Shown here in pieces: positions 9,464-18,439 of a stretch of DNA of 64,000 bases (its first letter is position 1; each line of letters starts with the position of its first letter). Under the pieces are notes generated by a model. It was not told where the DNA came from and made no database searches. It saw nothing but the letters and a program-made list of their open reading frames with translations. Made by a program: the position numbers and the translations under genes. This DNA is from Escherichia phage E26, in sequence record MN655998.1. One strand, given 5' to 3'.

Positions 9464-10521
9464 TGAAAATTAGTGTTATCAATGATGCCGTTGATAGCTT
9501 TAAAGCGGGGGTTAAAACCTCCGCTGGTTTTACCTCAAAAAATAAAGGGAAAACATTAACCGCTCAATTCCCCGCTGAACGTGCTAGCGGTAATGATGCT
9601 AGCGGTTATTATATCAACGACTTATATAATAATGGTCTGTTATTCACTGCATACGATTATACATCTCGTACTACTGGATCGTTGCGTGATTTCAGGAAAA
9701 AGAAAAATGTTGCTAGCGGTTTTGGCGGTAGCGTTAATATCGCTGGTTTTGATTTAAATTTGGGTGGGAGAAATGCTGCATTTGACCGAGAGGCAATTGC
9801 TAATATTCTTCTTCCTCGTAGTCAATCTGACGTTGACGCTGCTAGCCATAAGTTTAATGATGTTGGTGAATCTGTCATTTCTCGCGGCGGTGGTACTTTA
9901 GGCGGTGCTCTTTCTAATATGGCATCTACTGCCGTTTTTGGTGGTATCGAAAGTATTACTGGTGGATACCTTGCCGATCACGGTGAACAGATTTATAATA
10001 CTGCGCGAAGCATGTATGCGGGTGCTGACGCACGAACTAAAAACTACGTATGGCATCTAACCCCACGTAGTATTGAAGACCTTCGCAATATTCTGATCAT
10101 ATACGAAACGTTTTTAGAATTGTCTTATGGTTCTAGTGGTATTTCCAGCACCGCAAAAGAATTAAAAGCGGAAGTTGATGCGTGGTATAAAAATACACTA
10201 TTGAGAAAATCCACCCCAGAGGAAGCGAAGAGAAATGATACTCTGTTTGAAGGGATCACCGATTTTCTATCAAACGCAATTACTGTATCTAACCCGACAA
10301 TATGGATGATCTCTAACTTCGGTAAGCGTACATCGTTTGAAGGGCGTAGCGATGTATTTGGTCCCGCTCAGATCTCAAGTGTACGTCTGGACAAGTCGCC
10401 TGATGGTAAGTTTAATGGCCTTGCTATTTCTCCTAACTTGCCGAGTACCTTTGTTCTGGAAGTATCATTTAGAGAGATCTTGACACTTTCCCGTGGTACT
10501 ATATTTGGGAGTGCGGCATAA
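9463..10521 (+). CDS. 48: baseplate tail-tube junction protein gp48
   Basis: 352 aa, synteny 29-48-54. Confidence 0.8.
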   Translation: MKISVINDAVDSFKAGVKTSAGFTSKNKGKTLTAQFPAERASGNDASGYYINDLYNNGLLFTAYDYTSRTTGSLRDFRKKKNVASGFGGSVNIAGFDLNLGGRNAAFDREAIANILLPRSQSDVDAASHKFNDVGESVISRGGGTLGGALSNMASTAVFGGIESITGGYLADHGEQIYNTARSMYAGADARTKNYVWHLTPRSIEDLRNILIIYETFLELSYGSSGISSTAKELKAEVDAWYKNTLLRKSTPEEAKRNDTLFEGITDFLSNAITVSNPTIWMISNFGKRTSFEGRSDVFGPAQISSVRLDKSPDGKFNGLAISPNLPSTFVLEVSFREILTLSRGTIFGSAA

Positions 10522-11453
10522 TGTTTGATTTAAATGACTTTAACGAACAAGCCGCTAACCTTGACTTTCAGCGATCTAACTTATTCAGCGTGGCATTTGC
10601 CACCACTCCAAGTAATAAGACACAAGCGATCCTAGAAAGTATGGGCGGTGCGGTATATGATATTATACCAAATGCATTAAATGACTATTTCGGGATTACT
10701 CGTGGTGATTATACTGACGCATTAACAAATCTTGCTGTACAGGGTGTTAGGCGTGCTGTTGATTCATCTGGTGTCAAAAAGTATCTTTTAGGTGCAATGT
10801 CATCCCGCGTAGTTCAATCTCTTCTGGGGCAATTTGATGTTGGTACATATGCGCTTGACTGGTTCAATATGGCATATAAGACAAGCGGTCTTCTGGTGTA
10901 TGCTGTTAAGGTTCCAGAAAACAGATTGAATTATGAAATGGACCGTAACCACAATGCGCCAAACATTCGAATTACCGGACGTGATTTCGATCCGCTTGTA
11001 TTGAGCTTTAGAATGGACTCTAGCGCATCAAACTATCGAGCAATGCAGGATTGGGTTAACTCAGTAGAAGACCCCGTTACAGGGCTTCGTGCGCTTCCTG
11101 TTGACGTTGAAGCAGATATTCAGGTCAACTTACATAACCGAATGGGAGTTCCTCACACGATCATGATGTTTAATGGTTGTGTTCCTGTTGGTGTGAGTGC
11201 ACCGGAATTAAACTATGAAAACAACAACGAAATCACAACATTCGATGTTACTTTCGCATATCGTTCTATGCAAACTGGTGCTGTAGGAGAGCAAGCCGCG
11301 CGAGAATGGATTGAGGATAAGGCAATAAACGCAATAACAAACACGTTCGGCAATAATTTACTTGATAGTGGGTTATCTGCTGCTGGTAATGCTTTATCGC
11401 GTCTAAATGGCGTTGGTGGGCGTGTGGTGAATACTGTCACTAACTGGTTCTGA
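10521..11453 (+). CDS. 54: baseplate tail-tube initiator gp54
   Basis: 310 aa, synteny. Confidence 0.8.
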   Translation: MFDLNDFNEQAANLDFQRSNLFSVAFATTPSNKTQAILESMGGAVYDIIPNALNDYFGITRGDYTDALTNLAVQGVRRAVDSSGVKKYLLGAMSSRVVQSLLGQFDVGTYALDWFNMAYKTSGLLVYAVKVPENRLNYEMDRNHNAPNIRITGRDFDPLVLSFRMDSSASNYRAMQDWVNSVEDPVTGLRALPVDVEADIQVNLHNRMGVPHTIMMFNGCVPVGVSAPELNYENNNEITTFDVTFAYRSMQTGAVGEQAAREWIEDKAINAITNTFGNNLLDSGLSAAGNALSRLNGVGGRVVNTVTNWF

Positions 11454-11459
11454 TAAGCG

Positions 11460-11489
11460 AAAGGCGGGGATAATCCCCGCCTTTTTATT
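11460..11489. terminator. rho-independent terminator GGCGGGGA-taa-TCCCCGCC + TTTTTATTT
   Basis: 8-bp GC stem followed by T-run on plus strand; sits between convergent gp54 and lipoprotein gene. Confidence 0.6.
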
Positions 11490-11997
11490 TGATTAAATCA
11501 TCACATTGTTTGCGTAGTTTATAGCGATACTGTTTTGATTGTAGCAATTGAAGTTTTTCATAATCCCCTTCCTCATATGCAGCCGAAAGATCATCTTGAT
11601 ATGCTGCTTCCGTCCCGATTACACATACTCCAAATTTTCTACGACGGTCGGCATCTTCCATTGCTTTGCGATTCATTTCTTCAATTGAATTTTCATGACC
11701 ATAATAATATTCGTAAATGCGTTTCTTCTCTGCTTCTTTATCTGCCTTAATCTTTGCGATCTGTTCTGCTGATTCCGGTTGACGACCTAAACGCTGTAAT
11801 GAGGCGTCTTTCTTTTCAAGGTAGTCAATCACGCAATCTTCAACGCTATTAAATGGAAAACGTGACTCTTTCTGCCATCGTTCACATGACCGTACAAACT
11901 CGTGTGTATTCTTAGATGCAAGTGCCAGATCATGCACAGCGCACCCATTAAGCATAGCCACTAAAGCCGCAAGACCAATCAGTTTAATCATTTTCAT
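11485..11997 (-). CDS. putative lipoprotein (signal peptide with LNGC lipobox)
   Basis: MKMIKLIGLAALVAMLNGC...; charged helical mature part; ATGA overlap with upstream ART gene. Confidence 0.5.
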   Translation of the reverse strand: MKMIKLIGLAALVAMLNGCAVHDLALASKNTHEFVRSCERWQKESRFPFNSVEDCVIDYLEKKDASLQRLGRQPESAEQIAKIKADKEAEKKRIYEYYYGHENSIEEMNRKAMEDADRRRKFGVCVIGTEAAYQDDLSAAYEEGDYEKLQLLQSKQYRYKLRKQCDDLIK

Positions 11998-12818
11998 TTA
12001 GTCACCTCACCGAAAATTGTAAATTGTCTACGATTCTCATCACCGAAAGATTCTACTACGTCGTTTACCTTGACGCAAGTCCCGCGCGGTAAAATTACTT
12101 CACATTCGCAAGGATTCCATGCAATTGACCCAACAACAAAACCTTTATGATCTTTTACGTCAATTACCCACGATACATTACAAGAATGTTGCATCTTTCC
12201 GGTCATGGATTCATATCGATTCTCACAATAAAGGCTAGTGCTGTTTGATAGCCAGCCTCCAAAGATGATCGGTGTCATGCTGGTTGACACAAAGTTTTTA
12301 AAGGTAAATTCCTTATCTTCAATAATACGCTCTATTGTCTGAATGTCAAGATGTTGACCGCGATAAAGAGTACCGTTTAACTTTTCGGTTTTATCCATGA
12401 CGCAATCCATCAAATCAACAATCTCTGATATCTCATCGGTCATGTCTTCTTCCCCTAAGAGAGCACCATTTACCCATTCGTATTGTTCAGACACATAATC
12501 ACAGATTGCATTATATTCTGCTGGGGTTATGTTGTTATGTTTGTAATGTTTGAATACATTATCTCCAAAGTCTTCGGAGTGTACTTCATACATCACATTA
12601 ATGATTTTCTTGACAAATCCATAATCTTGTGTCTCACGCTCAAGGAAGCGGATAACCTTCACATAATCATCAAAGTTAATCTGATCGCTGATCATCTCAG
12701 TGATCATGTAACCATTAATCCCCTCAATGTCATATGTTTCGATGTAATTATCCATACGTTCCATCATTGATTCGCGTGATTCTTCTGAAAGACGAAAATC
12801 CTGTAATTTCTTGAACAT
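11994..12818 (-). CDS. short Alt-like mono-ADP-ribosyltransferase (R-S-E class)
   Basis: 274 aa; LYRGQ, STS and ECEVILPRG motifs; same motif set as C-terminus of Alt but lacks the long N-terminal region. Confidence 0.7.
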   Translation of the reverse strand: MFKKLQDFRLSEESRESMMERMDNYIETYDIEGINGYMITEMISDQINFDDYVKVIRFLERETQDYGFVKKIINVMYEVHSEDFGDNVFKHYKHNNITPAEYNAICDYVSEQYEWVNGALLGEEDMTDEISEIVDLMDCVMDKTEKLNGTLYRGQHLDIQTIERIIEDKEFTFKNFVSTSMTPIIFGGWLSNSTSLYCENRYESMTGKMQHSCNVSWVIDVKDHKGFVVGSIAWNPCECEVILPRGTCVKVNDVVESFGDENRRQFTIFGEVTK

Positions 12819-12842
12819 TTTAAGCCTCCCATATAACAGAAA

Positions 12843-12879
12843 ACGGGGCTAGTATAAAACTAGTCCCCGTTTGAGTCAA
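12843..12879 (-). promoter_or_regulatory. PeSL-type early promoter: -35 TTGACT, stem-loop spacer, -10 TATACT
   Basis: Minus strand TTGACT-17 nt-TATACT with ACGGGGCTAGT/ACTAGCCCCGT palindrome in spacer; upstream of short ART. Confidence 0.55.
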
Positions 12880-12896
12880 CCATTATTTCTTAAAAA

Positions 12897-14948
12897 TTAC
12901 ATTTTAAATTTATCTGGCATTGCGTCTACAGATACCAGATCAGCGATAAGCTGACGTAGAGTTGCCTTATCTGCTTTCTTACGTTCGGTTTTAGCTTCGC
13001 TAATGAAGCTGGAGAAAGACAGGTCAGAAGCAGGTTTAACAACACCTTCACGGATGAATGCATCACCGTCCGCGATCATCTCGCCAGATTCTTGTAATGC
13101 TGCCAGTTCATTTTTGTTCATAATATGTGCCTCAATGTAATAAGTTTCTTGTGAATCCGTCGATGCCGTAGCACGAGTTACCGTATCAAAGGATAACACA
13201 ACACCGCGAGGAAGTAAAATCTCGCATTCTTTGTAAGCAAATGCTTTGTTACCTACTGGCAAGACAGGGATGTTTTCCGCGCCAGCAATGGAGAAAGCAA
13301 CATTAGCGCCACCTTCACCGCGAGAGCCAGCCATAGAATCAACACCAGCAACGGCACTAGCCACGTTTGCATTCCAGCCGCCAAAAATGTTAGGTGCAAG
13401 GGAAGTGCTCACATAGTTTTTAAAGTAAAACGCTTTTTGCTTACGTGCAGTTTCCCACATTTGCGACCGGAAGTCCATACCACGATACAGAATAGTACCC
13501 GGATCAAGTTTAACTCCATAGTTGGAGAAGGCATTATCCAGTGCATCGCACATCTTGACCAATTCTTCTGGATCTGCGATGCCTTCAAACTCTTCCAGCT
13601 TACGATCAGTTAGGAAGTTGTTCATATTGATGTATGCTGCATCGGCATATTCGCTCAATACAAAACCTTCCGCGCCAGGCAGATCAAGATCAATATCTGC
13701 CATCATTTCACCCATGTTGCTAGCAATTGCTTCAAACATACCGGAAGCAACATTACGTAGGGCATCGGTTTTAATCTGTGTGATGTGACTACGCAGCATT
13801 TCAGCTTTTACATCTGCTGGCATAGACTGGTCTACTCGATCCATTGCCAGGGCGGTGATCTTGTTTTCGAATACTTCCTCGCTCATGATTTCTTTTAAGC
13901 GTTTGATTGATGCTGCGATAACTTCCGCAGACAACGGATCATATTGATCCTGAACTTTTACCAGTTCGCTTACTGCGTATTTTGCATCGGCTTCGCTTTC
14001 AAAAATAGTACGCATGAAACCATAGCGAGTGATAATATCACTTGTCCAGTCATTCAGAGAACGGGCGGTTGAACGTTCTAAGGCTTGACGATCAATCAGA
14101 GTATTAAACTGTTTCTTAGGTTCGGCTTCGGTGATATCTTCTTCTGGTTTAAGATTAATTTTTTCTGGATGATTCACGTAGTCGCTGTTATATGTCGCTT
14201 GAGTTTTCAGCATTTCTTCTTTAGTCAAACGAGATTTAGCCGCTACGCGTTGTTCTGCTTCCGCGTTTCGTTCTTCTTCTGACACAAGACTAGCCGCATA
14301 TGCCTCATCTTTAGTCAGAGATTCACCAGTAGCCTTAGATACCCAGCGATCACCTAAATCACTTTCTACTTTAGTGAACAAGGATTCATCAAGTTTAATC
14401 CCTTTAATCTTATCAATCGCCATCCCGCGACGCTTGACAACAACTAAAGCGATCTTTTTGCTGGTCATTACTTCCTGCTGGAATACTTCAAACTTCGGTG
14501 TACGACGCACCAAACGCTCTATAACGCGCTTAACCAGTTCGGTCTTACCTTTCATGCGGGATACGTTAAAACGGAACATAACAGCGTCTAATTGCGCTTT
14601 ACGGGCTGTTTCCATAACCACATCAAAAGCACTTGCCATAACTGCAATCGGGTTATCGCCTAGACCATTTTTAAGCTGTACAATACGACCGCTTTTGTTC
14701 ATTTCGCACAGTACAACATGTGCGGTTTTGTCACCCATACGAATGATTTTAGGTGTTTTGTTGGTGAAGTTACAAAGACGGACAATCACATCTTTATCGC
14801 GTGTCTGTACTGCAAAAAGCTGTTTAGGATTCTGCTTAGGCTTTAAGCACTGTACCGGAGCAATACTGCCAAAGTTTTCTTCCTCTTCCGTCAACAGCCA
14901 TTTCTCGAAAGATTCAATCATTAGATCGTCGATTTCTAAGTTAAACAT
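12897..14948 (-). CDS. alt: Alt ADP-ribosyltransferase (head-packaged, T4 Alt-like)
   Basis: 683 aa; C-terminal LYRGMDF, STS, ECEILLPRG ART motifs; size matches T4 Alt. Confidence 0.8.
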   Translation of the reverse strand: MFNLEIDDLMIESFEKWLLTEEEENFGSIAPVQCLKPKQNPKQLFAVQTRDKDVIVRLCNFTNKTPKIIRMGDKTAHVVLCEMNKSGRIVQLKNGLGDNPIAVMASAFDVVMETARKAQLDAVMFRFNVSRMKGKTELVKRVIERLVRRTPKFEVFQQEVMTSKKIALVVVKRRGMAIDKIKGIKLDESLFTKVESDLGDRWVSKATGESLTKDEAYAASLVSEEERNAEAEQRVAAKSRLTKEEMLKTQATYNSDYVNHPEKINLKPEEDITEAEPKKQFNTLIDRQALERSTARSLNDWTSDIITRYGFMRTIFESEADAKYAVSELVKVQDQYDPLSAEVIAASIKRLKEIMSEEVFENKITALAMDRVDQSMPADVKAEMLRSHITQIKTDALRNVASGMFEAIASNMGEMMADIDLDLPGAEGFVLSEYADAAYINMNNFLTDRKLEEFEGIADPEELVKMCDALDNAFSNYGVKLDPGTILYRGMDFRSQMWETARKQKAFYFKNYVSTSLAPNIFGGWNANVASAVAGVDSMAGSRGEGGANVAFSIAGAENIPVLPVGNKAFAYKECEILLPRGVVLSFDTVTRATASTDSQETYYIEAHIMNKNELAALQESGEMIADGDAFIREGVVKPASDLSFSSFISEAKTERKKADKATLRQLIADLVSVDAMPDKFKM

Positions 14949-14981
14949 TTTATATCCTCTAGTTGATAACCTATAAACCTA

Positions 14982-14989
14982 TATTTATG
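14982..14989 (-). promoter_or_regulatory. late-promoter-like box CATAAATA upstream of alt
   Basis: Minus-strand CATAAATA ~35 nt upstream of alt ATG; one mismatch to TATAAATA. Confidence 0.3.
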
Positions 14990-14993
14990 AAAA

Positions 14994-15010
14994 GGGGGCT
15001 TAACGCCCCC
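14994..15010 (-). terminator. hairpin GGGGGC-ttaa-CGCCCCC followed by T-run on minus strand
   Basis: Same hairpin recurs at 18777..18796. Confidence 0.45.
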
Positions 15011-15015
15011 ATTTA

Positions 15016-15228
15016 TTATAATGCACCATCGAGCAATTGCTCTAATGTGTATCCTGAATAGTCTTTTTCAATCAGGATATATTTTCCTACTCGTTTAATA
15101 CAACCGCGCATTTCAACGTATTCTGCGTAGTTGATGGTGCGAGTTGTTCCATCTTCTAGCAAAGCAGTACCGATTTCGTTAATGCGGTCATAAGTTACGT
15201 CGGTAATGATGATTTCGATGTTAGCCAT
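15016..15228 (-). CDS. hypothetical early protein (70 aa)
   Basis: ORF track; RBS AAGGAG; preceded by PeSL promoter. Confidence 0.5.
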   Translation of the reverse strand: MANIEIIITDVTYDRINEIGTALLEDGTTRTINYAEYVEMRGCIKRVGKYILIEKDYSGYTLEQLLDGAL

Positions 15229-15264
15229 TTGATACTCCTTAGTAGTTCGTTTCGGTATGGGTGT

Positions 15265-15293
15265 ATTATGATATACACCCTCTGTTATGTCAA
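15265..15293 (-). promoter_or_regulatory. PeSL early promoter (-35 TTGACA, -10 CATAAT, palindrome GGGTGTAT/ATACACCC)
   Basis: sigma70 hexamers with 17-nt spacing read on minus strand. Confidence 0.6.
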
Positions 15294-15299
15294 CAACTT

Positions 15300-15479
15300 T
15301 TAGAACATTTTTGAAATTAATTCTGCTTTGATTTCGCAGAGAACATCTAAAGATTTCTCGTCACCCGCTTTTGCTGCTTCTGATTGCATTTTTGAAATGG
15401 CTTCAACGTAAGTGCAATTATAAGCCGCTTGAACTTTAGCGATTGCGATGATTGCCGATTCGATGGTTAAGTGTTTCAT
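15300..15479 (-). CDS. hypothetical small protein (59 aa)
   Basis: Hand-translated MKHLTIESAIIAIAKVQAAYN...; RBS AAGGAGAAT; below ORF-track cutoff. Confidence 0.4.
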   Translation of the reverse strand: MKHLTIESAIIAIAKVQAAYNCTYVEAISKMQSEAAKAGDEKSLDVLCEIKAELISKMF

Positions 15480-15511
15480 GTTTGATTCTCCTTTCGTTTC
15501 GGTATGTGTGC

Positions 15512-15540
15512 ATTATAGGGGATCACCGATCCCCTGTCAA
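15512..15540 (-). promoter_or_regulatory. PeSL early promoter (TTGACA - GGGGATCGGTGATCCCC - TATAAT)
   Basis: Perfect sigma70 consensus hexamers, 17-nt palindromic spacer. Confidence 0.65.
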
Positions 15541-16068
15541 CAACTTTTTTGAATTATTTTTTAATTGCTCATCTTGTAATAGAGCAATAACATGCTGGCG
15601 ATGTTCTTCCGATTGAGGCACACCGAAAAAGTTTGTTTTGTAGAAATATTCTAATCGATCTTCTCGTGTGCTCTCTTCCATCATGATCGCGGGTAGTCCG
15701 AGATTTCGGAAACGTCGCTTTTCTGCTGGCGTAAAATCACTGTAATACAACATAGAATCATCATTACCAGCAATGCTAAACTCATCTTTCATAAAGGAGA
15801 ATATTGCGTTTAAACGCTGTTTACCGTCCACGATTTCGATCTCATAGCGAGAGCCATCATCAATCTTAGCCATTGCGATAGCACCAACCGGAAAATCATT
15901 AATCAGGTTTTCGATAAACATACGTTTGTTTTCGGTGTCCCATACCAAAGGACGCTGATAATCTGGGTTCATGTTGATATAGCCATCTTCTAACCACGCC
16001 TCATAAACAGAGATGACAAAGTTTTTAGTATTGGTATAGTAACGGCGTTTAGGCGTTAAACGGTTCAT
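15523..16068 (-). CDS. DUF262 (ParB/GmrSD N-terminal-like) domain protein
   Basis: YQRPLVWD ... FPVG ... IVDGKQRLNAI match the DUF262 signature (DGQQR box); start set at MNRLTPK with AGGAGA RBS. Confidence 0.55.
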   Translation of the reverse strand: MNRLTPKRRYYTNTKNFVISVYEAWLEDGYINMNPDYQRPLVWDTENKRMFIENLINDFPVGAIAMAKIDDGSRYEIEIVDGKQRLNAIFSFMKDEFSIAGNDDSMLYYSDFTPAEKRRFRNLGLPAIMMEESTREDRLEYFYKTNFFGVPQSEEHRQHVIALLQDEQLKNNSKKLLTGDR

Positions 16069-16069
16069 G

Positions 16070-16399
16070 TTATAGTCTCCTGAATGGATCATCACGTAAA
16101 TCAATATCTTTTAAGAACTCATCCCATGAATGGCGGATATTGTTCTTAATTCTCCAGATAAGCGCAGGGATTGAACGCTCTCCCATCTGGAAGTAAGGAT
16201 CATATGATCCATATGCCCAATATGCTACTACAATTCCACAATCAGCGCAATAATATTCTATTTCACTTGCTGGCGACCAAAGTCCATCAATATGATCGGT
16301 GATCCTGCTTTCGATGTTATGGCTATGGCAATCAGGGCAACGGATGCAATGACCTTGTTTATCGTAATTTGACGTTAGCGAATACTTAAACAATCTCAT
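16070..16399 (-). CDS. Cys-rich putative zinc-finger protein
   Basis: 109 aa; CIRCPDC ... CADCG pairs; translationally coupled to flanking genes. Confidence 0.5.
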   Translation of the reverse strand: MRLFKYSLTSNYDKQGHCIRCPDCHSHNIESRITDHIDGLWSPASEIEYYCADCGIVVAYWAYGSYDPYFQMGERSIPALIWRIKNNIRHSWDEFLKDIDLRDDPFRRL

Positions 16400-17115
16400 T
16401 ATAGATCCTTATTTGCTTCAAATACTGCCTTTGCGAATCCTCGCGGGGTAAGTGACCTTATAGTCTTTGTTTTCGTTCCTTTCCCGCCTAGCTTAGAATG
16501 CTGTTTACTGTACCCTTTATTAATCTGCAACGGTTTCTTTTCTGGCATTATAAAGCCTTGTCCGGTCCATAAGCAAGTCCTTTTCGGGTACATATCACGG
16601 GCGGCAATATACTCAGGAAAAGTAGGATGTTTATCATCTTCCGGCAAATAACCGCCATATTCCCACGGATGGAACATATAATCAGGCTTACGCCACATGC
16701 TAGAGATAACGCTTACAGGATTCTCTATCATGTAGGGAACTCCTAGCCATTCACCCAAATAAGCGGTTATTTTAGCTGCCCGTACATCATGAACTTGAAT
16801 CAATGGTCCTTGCTCTCGTTTCTTTCGTTCAAAGTGTGCAGCGCCACTAACAGCTAAATTGGTGCACGGTGGGAATGCAAATATAATATCCGGTTTCCCC
16901 CATTCAAGGTCCATTGCTCTTTCTAGCCAGTTCAAATCAATCCATGTGTTTACATATGTAATGTTTGGATGTTCAAATCGGGTATTATATTTTTTGTATG
17001 TACCGTGGTCGCCATCGTCAGCATTAAAGCAGATCACCTTATGACCTGCTTTAGCCCATTCTAACCCCATTATCCCCGATCCGTCAAAGTTGCAGAATAT
17101 TAATTTTTGTTTCAC
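16399..17115 (-). CDS. compact C5-cytosine-methyltransferase-like protein (motifs I, IV, VI)
   Basis: FDGSGIMG (FxGxG), FPPCTNLAVSG (PC motif), ENPV (ENV motif) in canonical order; only 238 aa, no obvious TRD. Confidence 0.4.
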   Translation of the reverse strand: MKQKLIFCNFDGSGIMGLEWAKAGHKVICFNADDGDHGTYKKYNTRFEHPNITYVNTWIDLNWLERAMDLEWGKPDIIFAFPPCTNLAVSGAAHFERKKREQGPLIQVHDVRAAKITAYLGEWLGVPYMIENPVSVISSMWRKPDYMFHPWEYGGYLPEDDKHPTFPEYIAARDMYPKRTCLWTGQGFIMPEKKPLQINKGYSKQHSKLGGKGTKTKTIRSLTPRGFAKAVFEANKDL

Positions 17116-17363
17116 GCTGCCCCCATTGGTTTGATAGTAACAGAATCTAAAAGACCTTTGTTAGCCAGTTCGCGGCAAGTTTTCAGATCCGCAACTTCCC
17201 AGCCAGCCGCAATCAGGTTATCAATCAGGCTGTTAGCAATTTCTTCGCTCATGAAAGAGCACTGTTTGCCGATGGTGTAGCGTACACGCTGTAATTTCAG
17301 TTTACGGAAGCCTTTAACGTTCAGGTCTTTAGCGATTTTCTTTGCGGTTTCGATGTTAGCCAT
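17112..17363 (-). CDS. hypothetical early protein (83 aa), first gene of four-gene operon
   Basis: ORF track; ATGA overlap with downstream gene; PeSL promoter upstream. Confidence 0.5.
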   Translation of the reverse strand: MANIETAKKIAKDLNVKGFRKLKLQRVRYTIGKQCSFMSEEIANSLIDNLIAAGWEVADLKTCRELANKGLLDSVTIKPMGAA

Positions 17364-17403
17364 TGTTTGATTCTCCTAAGTGGTATCTCGTCTTGATGGT
17401 TGT

Positions 17404-17432
17404 ATTGTAGGGGAGTTATCCTCCCCTGTCAA
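17404..17432 (-). promoter_or_regulatory. PeSL early promoter (TTGACA - GGGGAGGATAACTCCCC - TACAAT)
   Basis: Hexamers with 17-nt palindromic spacer. Confidence 0.6.
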
Positions 17433-17446
17433 CACTTTTTATAAAA

Positions 17447-17614
17447 TTATTTGTTAATTTCCGGTGCGTTGCTTGGATAGTAACCTTCTTTAACTCCGAG
17501 GTATTTCGCAACCATCCCTACAATCTTCTGTGCTACTACAATGTCAAATTTCAGATAATCTTCACCGTAGGTTTCAATGATATATGCTTCACATGCTGCT
17601 TTAGTCTCGAACAT
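17447..17614 (-). CDS. hypothetical 55-aa protein, paralog copy 1 (MFETKAACEAY...YYPSNAPEINK)
   Basis: Hand-translated; near-identical paralog at 20716..20883. Confidence 0.45.
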   Translation of the reverse strand: MFETKAACEAYIIETYGEDYLKFDIVVAQKIVGMVAKYLGVKEGYYPSNAPEINK

Positions 17615-17647
17615 TTTGATTCTCCTATTTCGTTTCGGTATGTGTGT

Positions 17648-17676
17648 ATTATAGGGGATCTCCCGATCCCCGTCAA
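17648..17676 (-). promoter_or_regulatory. PeSL early promoter (TTGACG - GGGATCGGGAGATCCCC - TATAAT)
   Basis: Near-identical to element at 20918..20947. Confidence 0.6.
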
Positions 17677-17691
17677 CAACTTTTTTTAAAA

Positions 17692-17973
17692 TTATTCGTG
17701 ATTAGTTTCGATGTTGTGCATTTTGCACCAGTTCAGCCAATCGCCCAGTTCTTGATAGTTGATGCTTTTATCTGCTGCCATCGTTTTTGTCTTGATACCC
17801 ATATGTGCGTTATGAGTAAGCATTTTTACAGTGAACTCGATTTTATCGCCTTTAGCTTTAACATCAACCAGTTTGGTCCACTGGCTACCAGCACCGCGAA
17901 TGTTCATGCCAACGATGTTTCCGATGTATGCTTCTTTGTTTTTCAGGATTTCGGTTGCTTTGATGAATTTCAT
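17692..17973 (-). CDS. hypothetical early protein (93 aa)
   Basis: ORF track; RBS; own promoter. Confidence 0.5.
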   Translation of the reverse strand: MKFIKATEILKNKEAYIGNIVGMNIRGAGSQWTKLVDVKAKGDKIEFTVKMLTHNAHMGIKTKTMAADKSINYQELGDWLNWCKMHNIETNHE

Positions 17974-18006
17974 TTTTGATTCTCCAGTTCGTTTCGGTAT
18001 GGGTGT

Positions 18007-18035
18007 ATTATGCTATGTTCTTACTTTGGTGTCAA
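18007..18035 (-). promoter_or_regulatory. early promoter (TTGACA-17-CATAAT), no strong palindrome
   Basis: Hexamer match and spacing. Confidence 0.5.
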
Positions 18036-18043
18036 CAACTTTT

Positions 18044-18313
18044 TTAGATATTTTCAGAAATAAATTTTAAAACTTGACGTAAATGTTTCTCATCTTTGAT
18101 AGTCGCCGGAAGTTCTTCTTTTACTTCCTGTGCAAGATAGATATTTCCGTTCCAAGTGAAAGATCCGTCTTCGTTTACGCGATAGCTGAACATCCACTCG
18201 CAATCATTTTCGATTTCATATACACACAGAAGAGTGTAATCTTCAAAGCTATTGAGTTCAAGGTCGAAGCCGTGACGTTTTGCAAAGTTGGTAGTGGTTT
18301 TAGTCAGTGCCAT
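18044..18313 (-). CDS. hypothetical early protein (89 aa)
   Basis: ORF track; RBS. Confidence 0.5.
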   Translation of the reverse strand: MALTKTTTNFAKRHGFDLELNSFEDYTLLCVYEIENDCEWMFSYRVNEDGSFTWNGNIYLAQEVKEELPATIKDEKHLRQVLKFISENI

Positions 18314-18353
18314 TGTTTGATTCTCCTAAGTGGTATCTCGTTTCGATGTGTGT

Positions 18354-18382
18354 ATTATGCTATAGGCGTGTTCTGGTGTCAA
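18354..18382 (-). promoter_or_regulatory. early promoter (TTGACA-17-CATAAT)
   Basis: Hexamer match and spacing. Confidence 0.5.
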
Positions 18383-18412
18383 TTCTTTTTTTAAAATTTT
18401 ATGCAATAAAAA

Positions 18413-18432
18413 AGCCGACGCTAAGGTCGGCT
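18413..18432 (-). terminator. intrinsic terminator AGCCGACG-ctaa-GGTCGGCT + T-run (minus)
   Basis: Stem plus TTTTTT on minus strand downstream of 18440 gene. Confidence 0.55.
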
Positions 18433-18439
18433 AATAAAA

